Positions 40,707 to 49,323 of a DNA stretch of 64,000 bases are shown in pieces (the first letter of the stretch is position 1; each line of letters starts with the position of its first letter). Location: contig CP122380.1 of the NCBI GenBank assembly GCA_024650005.2, forward strand, positions 288,001-352,000. Reading direction: 5' to 3'. The notes below the pieces were generated by a model, which did not search any database, had not been told where the DNA came from, and saw only the letters and a program-made list of their open reading frames with translations. Position numbers and translations under genes: made by a program. The DNA is from Candidatus Bathyarchaeum tardum (lineage in GTDB: Archaea; Thermoproteota; Bathyarchaeia; Bathyarchaeales; Bathyarchaeaceae).

Positions 40707-41764
40707 AAAAGTCTACGTGTTTGTTTGCTCTGTTGCTGTTTCTTTCTTTGGTTCTGCCTTTTTTGTCAACACCTTTAGTTAGGGCTGTTGAGGATTCTTG
40801 GACAACTTTAGAGCCTATGCCTATTAGTTGTTCAAGAGTTGCTGTTGTAAAAGAGAAAATTTACACGATTGGAAATAGTGGCATTGCAGAGTATGACACT
40901 GCTTCAGACTCATGGACATTAAAGAATCCGATGCCGGCTAACAGAAGCGGTTTTGCAGTAGCTGTTTATGAAAATAAAATTTACATTATAGGTGGAAGCA
41001 ACGGATTAAATCAAATCTATGATCCAGCAACTGAAACATGGGAAAATAGAACTACAATGCTTACTCCCAGAATACAGTTAGAAGCAAACGTTGTTAATAG
41101 CAAAATCTATTTAATTGGGGGAAAAACTGGTGGTCAATATTCCACTGTAGCTTTGAATGAAGTTTATGATCCTGCCACTGACACATGGACTGCAAAAGAG
41201 CCAATGCCATTTCCTGTTGCACAATATGCCTCTGCAGTAGTTGGTGACAAAATCTATGTCTTTGGTGGTCAAGATGAATACCAATTGCCTAATCCAAACT
41301 TGAATGTAACCCAAATATATGATACTATAACAGACACTTGGAGTTTTGGAGCGCCACTTCCCTATGTGGTGTGGAAAGCAGCTGCAGGAGCAACAACTGG
41401 ACAAATGGCTCCCCAAAGAATCTATATTATGGGTGGATTGCCAGAAGGGAGTCTTTTTGGTACAGATTTAAATCAGATTTATGATCCAGAAACTAATGCT
41501 TGGAGTTTAGGTTCTACTATGCCTATTGCCCGTGCTGGGTTGCATGTTGCGGTTGTAAACGATGTGATATACTCAATGGGAGGAGTACCTTACATCAATG
41601 TTCAAGCAACATGGATCCCAGAAAATTACCGATACACACCAATAGATTACATCTCAGAGTTTCCCTCATGGACAATCCTACTGATCGTATTGGTTGCAGT
41701 GTTGGTTGTGGCAGTTGTTTACAGAGTAAAATTGGACAAACAGAATCGGGGGGAAGATAAATAG
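40703..41764 (+). CDS. Kelch-repeat surface protein, SEF variant of PEF-CTERM
   Basis: Kelch repeats; ISEFPSW-TM. Confidence 0.88.
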   Translation: MKKSTCLFALLLFLSLVLPFLSTPLVRAVEDSWTTLEPMPISCSRVAVVKEKIYTIGNSGIAEYDTASDSWTLKNPMPANRSGFAVAVYENKIYIIGGSNGLNQIYDPATETWENRTTMLTPRIQLEANVVNSKIYLIGGKTGGQYSTVALNEVYDPATDTWTAKEPMPFPVAQYASAVVGDKIYVFGGQDEYQLPNPNLNVTQIYDTITDTWSFGAPLPYVVWKAAAGATTGQMAPQRIYIMGGLPEGSLFGTDLNQIYDPETNAWSLGSTMPIARAGLHVAVVNDVIYSMGGVPYINVQATWIPENYRYTPIDYISEFPSWTILLIVLVAVLVVAVVYRVKLDKQNRGEDK

Positions 41765-42961
41765 GTGAAAAAATCCGCATCTGGTCTTGTTCTGTTACTG
41801 TTGATTTTCTCTGTTCTGGTTACATCTCCACAAATTGAGGTTGTGAAAGCTGATCAGAAGATGATTGTTGTTCCCGATGAGTATGCTTCTATTCAAGAGG
41901 CTATTGATAATGCTGGCGAGGGCGACACTGTGTTAGTAAAAAGAGGAACCTATTATAATCAAACAATAAGTATAAACAAATCATTATCACTCATCGGCGA
42001 AGACAGCCAAACTACAATACTAAAGAGTAGCCCAGAAACAACCTCATTTATGCTACCTAATATCACAAGTGTTGTGGAAGTGAAAGCTGACAACGTTAGA
42101 ATCTCCGGTTTCACTATTGACCACTATGATCGAGGCATTTCTGGGATTGGAAATGAGACCCAGATAATTGGTAATATTTTCACAGCCAATTGGGATCATA
42201 CTAGCATAAACGTGTTCGGTTCATACATTGAAATTGCCAACAACAGGATATATGGAGGCAGAAGCAACACTGGCATCCACATAGGTGGCTCCTACAACAC
42301 CATTAATGACAACGAAATTGTTGGAACAAGTGATGGCATACGCCTGTGGGGTTATTCAGGCACAGTTTCAGGAAACGAACTTGCCGATAGCGATCACAGC
42401 ATATACGTGAGCGGTAATTTGCACGCAATAACCCAAAACAACATTGTTGGCGGTGAAATAGGTCTCGCATTAATCTGTTCAGGATGCGTTATCTCTGGAA
42501 ATAATATAACAGAACAAACCGAACGAGCCATATGGGTAGACAATACTGCTAAAGATAACGTTATTCGGGGGAACCTCCTAGCACCCAATCAGGGATTCGC
42601 CGTCTATCTTACAGTTTTAACTGGCATAGAGGGTCCTGTTAACAACACATTCTATCATAACGATATAATTGGCAACGGTCACAACATTCGGTTAACTGGT
42701 TACAATCAATGGACTTTTTGGGACTCTGGGTATCCTTCTGGCGGTAACTTCTGGAGTGACTATAATGGAATAGACAAGGATGGGGATGGAATAGGCGACA
42801 CCCCCTACATCATTAACGAACACAACCAAGACAACTACCCACTAACGGAACCAGTTATTATCCCAGAGTTTCCCTCAGGGACAATTCTGCCGTTACTTAT
42901 TGCTGCAACTTTGGTTGGTGTCACTGTCAGAAATAAAATTAGAAAGAATGGGATGGAATGA
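41765..42961 (+). CDS. NosD/CASH parallel beta-helix surface protein, PEF-CTERM
   Basis: VPDEYASIQEAID..GDTVLVKRGTY; GGNFWSDYNGIDKDGDGIGDTPY; IPEFPS-TM. Confidence 0.88.
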   Translation: MKKSASGLVLLLLIFSVLVTSPQIEVVKADQKMIVVPDEYASIQEAIDNAGEGDTVLVKRGTYYNQTISINKSLSLIGEDSQTTILKSSPETTSFMLPNITSVVEVKADNVRISGFTIDHYDRGISGIGNETQIIGNIFTANWDHTSINVFGSYIEIANNRIYGGRSNTGIHIGGSYNTINDNEIVGTSDGIRLWGYSGTVSGNELADSDHSIYVSGNLHAITQNNIVGGEIGLALICSGCVISGNNITEQTERAIWVDNTAKDNVIRGNLLAPNQGFAVYLTVLTGIEGPVNNTFYHNDIIGNGHNIRLTGYNQWTFWDSGYPSGGNFWSDYNGIDKDGDGIGDTPYIINEHNQDNYPLTEPVIIPEFPSGTILPLLIAATLVGVTVRNKIRKNGME

Positions 42962-43953
42962 AAAAGACCTCTTCTTGCGTTTTGATTATGCTTCTTTGTT
43001 TTGTTGTAGTTCCTTTTCTACAACTTGGAGTTGTGCGGGCAGAGGGCACAATCTACATCAAAGAAGATGGAACGGTTGAGGGGACAGATAAGATTCAACA
43101 AATTGGAAATGTCTATACTTTTATTGGAAATATTTCGGTTGGGATTCAGGTTCAAAGGAGCGACATTATCGTTGATGGAATGTGGTTTACTTTGCAGGGA
43201 GATGGAGAAATTCATGGACCTACAGATATTAGTGGAATGGGAATAGAACTTGTTGGATGCAAAAATGTTACAATACGAAATTTTAACATCACACAATTCA
43301 CAAGAGGTATTCGATTCACCAATTCTTCTGACTGCATTGTACATCACAACCTTATAGTTAACAATTCTATAGGCATTGAAATGGGCTATGAACCTTGTTA
43401 TTCAAATAATAACACAGTAAGTGGAAACATAATAAAAGGAAATCACAATGCGGGAATTCGATTAATCTGTGGTTCATCAAATACTATTTCTGGAAATATT
43501 ATAGTAGAAAACGATGAAGGCATCTCTATTTGGGGAACAGCTGGAAATACAATCGCATGGAACAACATTACTAACAACAAAAGAGGTATTTACGTAGAAA
43601 CTTCTGGAATTAACCTTATTCACCACAACAATTTTGTTGATAACACAAACGATTCGTGGGATTATGGTTATACTCCTTGGCCATTTCAGTTACCTTTTTC
43701 AGAAAACATTTGGGATGATGGTAAAGAGGGAAACTATTGGGGTACATATAATGGCACAGACAATAACATGGATGGTATAGGAGATACCCCTCATGTACTT
43801 TACGAGAATAACACCGACAACTTTCCACTTATGCAACCAGCAGAACTACCAATAGAAATTCCAGAGTTTCGTTCTTGGACAATTCTGCCAATATTGATAA
43901 TGGCTACTTTGACAATAATACTAGCAAAAAAGAGGATGCATATATTACATTAA
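42958..43953 (+). CDS. NosD/CASH parallel beta-helix surface protein, PEF-CTERM
   Basis: IYIKEDGTVEGTDKI (paralog of 37505); GNYW..DGIGDTP; IPEFRSW-TM. Confidence 0.88.
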   Translation: MKKTSSCVLIMLLCFVVVPFLQLGVVRAEGTIYIKEDGTVEGTDKIQQIGNVYTFIGNISVGIQVQRSDIIVDGMWFTLQGDGEIHGPTDISGMGIELVGCKNVTIRNFNITQFTRGIRFTNSSDCIVHHNLIVNNSIGIEMGYEPCYSNNNTVSGNIIKGNHNAGIRLICGSSNTISGNIIVENDEGISIWGTAGNTIAWNNITNNKRGIYVETSGINLIHHNNFVDNTNDSWDYGYTPWPFQLPFSENIWDDGKEGNYWGTYNGTDNNMDGIGDTPHVLYENNTDNFPLMQPAELPIEIPEFRSWTILPILIMATLTIILAKKRMHILH

Positions 43954-43991
43954 TACTCAAAATTCTAAAAATTGTATTTGGGGGTTATCTT

Positions 43992-44528
43992 GTGAACAAG
44001 AAATTTGCAGTTTTCATGGTTTGTGCAATTTTAGTCATTTTTGGTGCGTTATTAATTGCTAATATACACTCGAATAATAGAGATATTTCATGGATTAATG
44101 AAGTTGAGAATTTAATTAAAAAAGAGAATTGGGAAGCTTACAGTAAATATTATCCTATGGCGGATTGGTCATTTTTCATTTATGAAAACGGAGAAAGCCA
44201 ATATTTCTTCTTAAACCCCAACGATGAGTTAATCTCTCAAATTAATAAAATAATGGACAGAATTGATAAGCAAATTGAAGAATCCATTTCACACGAGTCC
44301 TTTGATGAAATATTGGCTACAGACAAGGTTTTAGCAGTTGTTCATAGATTTCCCACTAAGAGTAATTTTTGGAACTCTCCGAACAATTTTGGTAATAATG
44401 TTGATTATGACAAAGCTTACTTTGTTTTGGAAGATAAACTAGAAGAAGATTATAAAGGGACCATAATAGTCCGAGAGCATAGTATGGGAGAAGAAGACTA
44501 CAAATATAGTGTTTGGCAAATAACTTAA
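43992..44528 (+). CDS. hypothetical N-terminally anchored protein (no PEF tail)
   Basis: GGGGG Shine-Dalgarno, GTG start, N-terminal TM. Confidence 0.65.
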   Translation: MNKKFAVFMVCAILVIFGALLIANIHSNNRDISWINEVENLIKKENWEAYSKYYPMADWSFFIYENGESQYFFLNPNDELISQINKIMDRIDKQIEESISHESFDEILATDKVLAVVHRFPTKSNFWNSPNNFGNNVDYDKAYFVLEDKLEEDYKGTIIVREHSMGEEDYKYSVWQIT

Positions 44529-44636
44529 TTTTCTTTTGTAAGAAATTTCATTTGTTCTTTCAGAGTTTACCTTATAGATTCTCACCTGCAAGGTGATATC
44601 TCCCGCACATCGACTTTTTTACTTATTTTATTGTTG

Positions 44637-44702
44637 GTCAAATTTTCTTGACTGTGAAGGCCTTTAGTTGGTCAAGGTTTCTTGACAAAAAACCTTTTCA
44701 TA
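44637..44702 (+). promoter_or_regulatory. second twin-operator promoter (44637-44652, 44671-44686) plus BRE/TATA-like AAAAAACCTTTTCATA
   Basis: 44666-44691 is identical to 35125-35150 over 26 bp. The spacer between sites has the same length but unrelated sequence. Confidence 0.75.
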
Positions 44703-44723
44703 ACTTTTATAGACAATTAATTT

Positions 44724-45761
44724 ATGGTGTATGTTTTGGCAAAACATAAGCAAGCTTTCTTTTCATTAACGATTTGCTGTTTGTTATTTTTAATATTGCC
44801 TTTTAATTTTGAAGTTAAAGGTTCTGAGTGCATTTTTTTTGAAGATGATTTTGAGGGCTATTATGTTAATGCTTTTCCTTCTCAAAATTGGAATCTTCGA
44901 TTTAATGGTGCATGTTTTGATATGCAGGTTATTCAAAATGACACGGATGTTTCATCTTCTAAATATTTACAATTAGTTTCACAAGTTACCTGGGCTGCAC
45001 GTGCTATGATTCCAATACCTTCTGAAGCTAGATTTGTAGGTTTTGAAGTTAGAGCTCTGTTAGCTGAAGCTAATGGCCAATATGTTCATGGAGCTAGGGC
45101 TGGTTTTTCTGAATATGGCAGTTCATTGGCTGCTAATTGGCATGCTCATGTTTGTCTTTATAATAATGGAGAGATTGGAGCAGCAAACGGTTCCCCCTTA
45201 GGTATTTATGACGTTGGGAACTGGACGAAAATTAGGTTATTGTTAGATAGGGACCTTAACATTTATTCAGTCTGGATAGATGATGAATTAAAGATTGAAA
45301 ATAAGGTTTTTCCAGCAGACCCTTATCTTTATAATTATTTTTCATTAGAATCAACATATCATTTGAATAACAAAGCTTACTTTGATGATGTTAAACTCTT
45401 CACATTATATGATGCAAATCCCAGACTTGATTTACAGCCTACGGAAGGAGTGTCTCAAACCACAATTCATGGTTCAGGATTTGCACCAAATTCTGAAATA
45501 ACTGTGACATGGAACGAAACTAGAATGTATACCATTCCTAATCTTGTTCAAACTGATGGTTATGGTAATTTTTCTGCAATGATTTCAGTATTAAATCAAA
45601 CCCAAACTGGTTCATATCCAATAACTGCTATTGACGAGATGGAAAACCAAGCAACTTCAACTTTCAACGTTATTCCAGAATTTCCTTCCTATTTTGTTTT
45701 GCCCTTGGTTGTTGCTGTGTTGTTGGGGGCAAGGGTTTACCGGAAGAGGCTAACCAAGTAA
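44724..45761 (+). CDS. secreted lectin/ConA-like plus Ig-like protein, PEF-CTERM
   Basis: Signal peptide; FEDDFE...WTKIRLLLD...YSVWID...YFDDV; GSGFAPNSEITVTW; IPEFPS-TM. Confidence 0.75.
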   Translation: MVYVLAKHKQAFFSLTICCLLFLILPFNFEVKGSECIFFEDDFEGYYVNAFPSQNWNLRFNGACFDMQVIQNDTDVSSSKYLQLVSQVTWAARAMIPIPSEARFVGFEVRALLAEANGQYVHGARAGFSEYGSSLAANWHAHVCLYNNGEIGAANGSPLGIYDVGNWTKIRLLLDRDLNIYSVWIDDELKIENKVFPADPYLYNYFSLESTYHLNNKAYFDDVKLFTLYDANPRLDLQPTEGVSQTTIHGSGFAPNSEITVTWNETRMYTIPNLVQTDGYGNFSAMISVLNQTQTGSYPITAIDEMENQATSTFNVIPEFPSYFVLPLVVAVLLGARVYRKRLTK

Positions 45762-45894
45762 AACTCAAATTATGTGTCTAATTACGATGTATTTTGTTCA
45801 AAGTTCTTTTAACGATGTTTTTTTAAAACGGTTCGTTTTTCATCAATTTTTTCGACAAAATAGCTTAAATTAAGCTTATTTATCGTTTTAAGGT

Positions 45895-46113
45895 ATGGAA
45901 AGCGGTTCAATACTTGCCTTAATCACGACTATTCTTTCTATTGTTTCAGTATTTTTTGGGGCAAAATACCGGAAATGGCTAGAGAGGGGTAGACTATTCG
46001 CAAAGCTTTTTGATGACATTGTTGCTGCTGCCGAGGACAATGAGATCTTAGAAGAGGAGTTTCAAAAGATTGTAGCTGACGCCAAAAAGGTTGCCGCCAA
46101 AATGGAGGAGTGA
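45895..46113 (+). CDS. small single-TM protein (holin-like topology)
   Basis: N-terminal TM followed by a charged helical tail. Confidence 0.6.
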   Translation: MESGSILALITTILSIVSVFFGAKYRKWLERGRLFAKLFDDIVAAAEDNEILEEEFQKIVADAKKVAAKMEE

Positions 46114-46116
46114 CCT

Positions 46117-46623
46117 TTGAACTGGAAATTTCTGTTAGCTGCTGTTTTTGTTTGTGGTCTACTTTTTGGTGCGGTTTCTTATGCCGCAGTATCAAATATT
46201 GTCAAAATCCGTAATGTGGGAACCATCAGGGCAGTCGGCGTTGAAGTATACGCTGACGAACTTTTGGAGCAAATCTTGAACGAGGTCAGCTGGGGCACAT
46301 TAAACCCTGGAGAGAACAAGTCTGCAACCGCCTGGATAAAAAACACCGGCAACGATGCCCAGAAGCTTATACTTTGGACTGAAGGCTGGGAACCTGTAGA
46401 AGCCCAGAACTCCATCATTCTAACTTGGAACTACAATAACGAGTGGATTGAAGCAGGGTCTGCGATTCCGGTAACTTTCACGCTAACTGTAGATTCAAAC
46501 ATCTCTGGCGTGGAAAGCTTCTGTTTTGACATGTGGATCAAGGGGGTTTCCACTTATCCGAAATCAACAATCCAGACTAGTGCTACCCATATCTACAGCA
46601 GAAGTGCATCAGCTTGTTCATAA
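46117..46623 (+). CDS. secreted Ig-like protein; C-terminus probably altered by deletion into the integrase
   Basis: GGAGG Shine-Dalgarno; signal peptide; VSWGTLNPGE..WIKNTGN..LTWNY..VTFTLTV. Sequence after ~46548 is out-of-frame integrase. Confidence 0.65.
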   Translation: MNWKFLLAAVFVCGLLFGAVSYAAVSNIVKIRNVGTIRAVGVEVYADELLEQILNEVSWGTLNPGENKSATAWIKNTGNDAQKLILWTEGWEPVEAQNSIILTWNYNNEWIEAGSAIPVTFTLTVDSNISGVESFCFDMWIKGVSTYPKSTIQTSATHIYSRSASACS

Positions 46624-47056
46624 AATGTATGTGAAAGCAAACATGATTACTAAAAATCCCCTAGGACGCCGATACGACATTCGAGCTCACAGTTTACGCA
46701 AATATTTCAGAACACAAATAGCTGCTTTAGGCGTTGACAGAGACTACATCGAATATATGCTGGGGCACACCATAAGCACTTATCACGACATCAAAATGAA
46801 AGGCATCGAATTTCTAAGGGGAGTCTACGCTGCATCAGGCTTGTCAATAAGACCAAAAACACGAGTAAGCAAAATAGACGCTCTAAAAGAGATCATACGT
46901 GCATGGGGACTAAATCCAGAAGAGATCCTAACAAAAAATGCTTTAACACAACCTCATAGAACCGTAATCAACAGAGAACAAGCAGAACAAAATCAGATCC
47001 ATCACCTAAGCATTGCCCTAAAAAACCATTTGCTAACAGAAATGCGAGAGAAATAA
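46547..47056 (+). pseudogene. tyrosine integrase, C-terminal fragment
   Basis: HSLRKYFRT (HxxR) and YMLGH..STY (H/Y) motifs are present. The N-terminal domain and first catalytic Arg are missing. Points toward attR. Confidence 0.85.
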
Positions 47057-47099
47057 AATATGACCGAAATGGATAACTCAAGCCGTAGACATGAGATAA

Positions 47100-47122
47100 C
47101 CCTGGGCTACCATTTTCTAGAC
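47100..47122 (+). repeat. attR-like repeat
   Basis: ccctgggctaccattttctagac. Confidence 0.8.
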
Positions 47123-47378
47123 TAGTTTTAATCCTTGTTTTGGGTGAATTTTATTCTTTGGCATTTGATACGTTTCCCAAAGGTCAAGGGACATAATTTT
47201 TTATCTTTAAGTTAGCTGTAATTTCATAGTTTGTTTAGTTTTGTTGTTTGCCTGAAAAAAATGTTTGAACAACAACATTCCATGATTTTTACATTTTTTG
47301 CTCAGATTCATTGAGCAATTTTGAAAACTGTTTAGAATAAGGGAAAAATAATAAAATGGCTCCATGTAATGTCATGAC

Positions 47379-48149
47379 TCAAAAAGGTGGTTCCGAAGCA
47401 ATTGACTTCCATAGTTTTTCTGCGTAATTTTCTTGTGCATCTGTTCCTGTAACTGCGAGGAGATAACTTCCTTCTGCTCCGTAAACGCCTCCTGCTGCAA
47501 TCAGTTCTGCGTTGGCGCCTGTCAATTGTTGTATTGCTTCGATTTCGGTGAACAATTGACCTGGAACAAGAACCATGCGATAACCATTTGCATCTGGTGA
47601 ATTTAGTTTTTCAGTTAAGGTGTACAGATCATTGTTAACTCTTTTTTCTAGTCCAACTGGGACTATCAATTTCACGCGGCGACCTGCCACAGCTTGCATA
47701 ATCAAGGCAATTGTTCCTGCTTTTGGGTGTCCAATCAGTACGGCTGCTTGTTTTTGATTCATGTTCAGTGCGTTTGCCCCTTTTAAAATCACGTCGCCCT
47801 CTTTTAGGGCATCTGCTACATCTTCGATGGTTTTTCCTTTTTGCCATACGCCATCAGTTATAATTACATCGCCTGGAAACTTGCTCTCATCAACCAATCT
47901 ACCCTCTGCTGTCACTGCACCCCCTGGTGGCAGAGTAATTCCTCGGAAAAAGTTTGTTTTGGAAAAGCCTTTAAAATCTAGATATTTAATAATTTCTTCA
48001 GCGACGTATCCGTTTGTGGTTCCAGCAACTATGACAAGTGTCCCCTTCTTAAGGGCAGTCAAGATTGTTGGATTTTTTGCTAAGGCTTTAGCAATTAATC
48101 GTTTTCCGGCAACGGGTGTAATTAGAAACTGTTTCATTATTAACTCCAT
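47379..48149 (-). CDS. conserved hypothetical alpha/beta protein
   Basis: [34 protein letters not shown] and [10 protein letters not shown] motifs. Confidence 0.75.
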   Translation of the reverse strand: MELIMKQFLITPVAGKRLIAKALAKNPTILTALKKGTLVIVAGTTNGYVAEEIIKYLDFKGFSKTNFFRGITLPPGGAVTAEGRLVDESKFPGDVIITDGVWQKGKTIEDVADALKEGDVILKGANALNMNQKQAAVLIGHPKAGTIALIMQAVAGRRVKLIVPVGLEKRVNNDLYTLTEKLNSPDANGYRMVLVPGQLFTEIEAIQQLTGANAELIAAGGVYGAEGSYLLAVTGTDAQENYAEKLWKSIASEPPF

Positions 48150-48225
48150 TTAGTTATTATGCATCATAAAATTAAAAGTTTAACTCTTAAGATTTCTATC
48201 ACTTTTGAATTTTTAAATTTTAAAT

Positions 48226-49191
48226 TCATTCAATAATGCTTTTGACTTTTTCAAATATATCTTGAGCTAATATTTCATTGCCACAATAGGTGCATTTTAT
48301 TCGAGTTCCGTCTTCAGGAAAAGTGACTTTTCCATTGCAATGTGGGCATTTTAGTACATTCATGACTAATCCGCCGTTTTCCATGTATTTTTTTAAGAAT
48401 GTGAAATCTAACATGAAATGTAATCGTTCTTTTTTCTTTTCCTTTTTGATTTGTGTTTTTCTGATTTTTGCAGCCATTTCGATAATGGGTTTAAAGGTTT
48501 CTAATAATGCAAATTGTAGTCTAAACCTTGTTTCACATTTTTCGTCTACAACAGAGAATGTTTTAGGAATTGAAAGGCTCATAACCCATGTTTTGCTGTC
48601 TCCTGTTTCTCCAGAAATTCCTTTAATCTTTTCCAGATTCAAGTCATAAACAACTAGATGTGTCTGTGTTTTCTTGAAGATACCACTTTCACGTACTTGT
48701 ATCCAATACAGTTTTTGATTTGATAACAAAAGGACCCCTGATTCAGGTATTACTATGTTTTTGTTGTTGCCGTTTACTACTCGATTTTCAAGAATTTCTC
48801 TGAACCCTGACCATTGGTGCAAAAGTTCTTCATCAGAATCCAAAATTACAGCAGCTGACACGTCTGTAGTTACACTTTCAGCCAGAAAACTCCAATTTAT
48901 TTTGTTTTCAAGTTCTAATTCTTTCCAAAAATTAACCCGATACGTTTGTCCCAATGCAGAATATAATGGATGACCAGATAATGTCTCGCTTTTAATTGTA
49001 TTTAATGCACTTCCGTCTTTTGGGAGTTCATGTAACATAAGTTCAAAAATTAGTCCATGGCTTATGTTTAGTTTCCATTTTGAGTTACAGTTCAGACATT
49101 GTGTATATTTATTTAAAATTCCCGAGCCGCTGTAACCTTTTGTGGACTTGCAAATAGGGCATCCAGGAAAACTATCCTTTATTAATTCCAA
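48226..49191 (-). CDS. hypothetical protein with terminal zinc ribbons and central PH-like region
   Basis: CPIC..CLNC at the N-terminus; GVLLLSNQKL; CPHC..CTYC at the C-terminus. Confidence 0.65.
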   Translation of the reverse strand: MELIKDSFPGCPICKSTKGYSGSGILNKYTQCLNCNSKWKLNISHGLIFELMLHELPKDGSALNTIKSETLSGHPLYSALGQTYRVNFWKELELENKINWSFLAESVTTDVSAAVILDSDEELLHQWSGFREILENRVVNGNNKNIVIPESGVLLLSNQKLYWIQVRESGIFKKTQTHLVVYDLNLEKIKGISGETGDSKTWVMSLSIPKTFSVVDEKCETRFRLQFALLETFKPIIEMAAKIRKTQIKKEKKKERLHFMLDFTFLKKYMENGGLVMNVLKCPHCNGKVTFPEDGTRIKCTYCGNEILAQDIFEKVKSIIE

Positions 49192-49323
49192 ATATTCTTC
49201 ACCCTGAATGAAGATTTAATTAGAAATATCTGGGTGTAATATATTAAAAATTCTTATGAATGCTAAAAATGAAATTAACATCAGTAGAAATTAATTTTAG
49301 CGTTAAAAATGTATAATCTAAAC

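Larger units (their letters stand above)
36373..43874 (+). repeat. eight dispersed copies of junction core ATYCCAGAGTTTCCCTC (36373, 37404, 38360, 39487, 40590, 41651, 42860, 43858)
   Basis: CAGAGTTT is invariant in 8/8 copies. Similarity extends ~200 bp over the tail and next signal peptide at the four junctions that precede Kelch genes. Confidence 0.8.
34413..47122. mobile_element. integrated element at tRNA-Gln 3' end (defective; integrase truncated)
   Basis: Direct repeat CCCYGGGCTACCATYTTCTAGAC at 34413-34435 and 47100-47122 (21/23 identical). A tyrosine integrase C-terminal fragment lies next to the distal copy. Confidence 0.85.

Noticed and set aside
35194-43953. CRISPR array or diversity-generating retroelement
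   Set aside because: Repeats are ~1 kb apart and coding; there are no cas genes, no reverse transcriptase and no TR/VR pair with adenine-specific differences.
36373-44574. Classical integron attC sites
   Set aside because: No RYYYAAC...GTTRRYY-type inverted cores (GTTRRRY) or attC hairpins are visible, and the integrase fragment is not recognisably IntI; only the organisational logic is similar.
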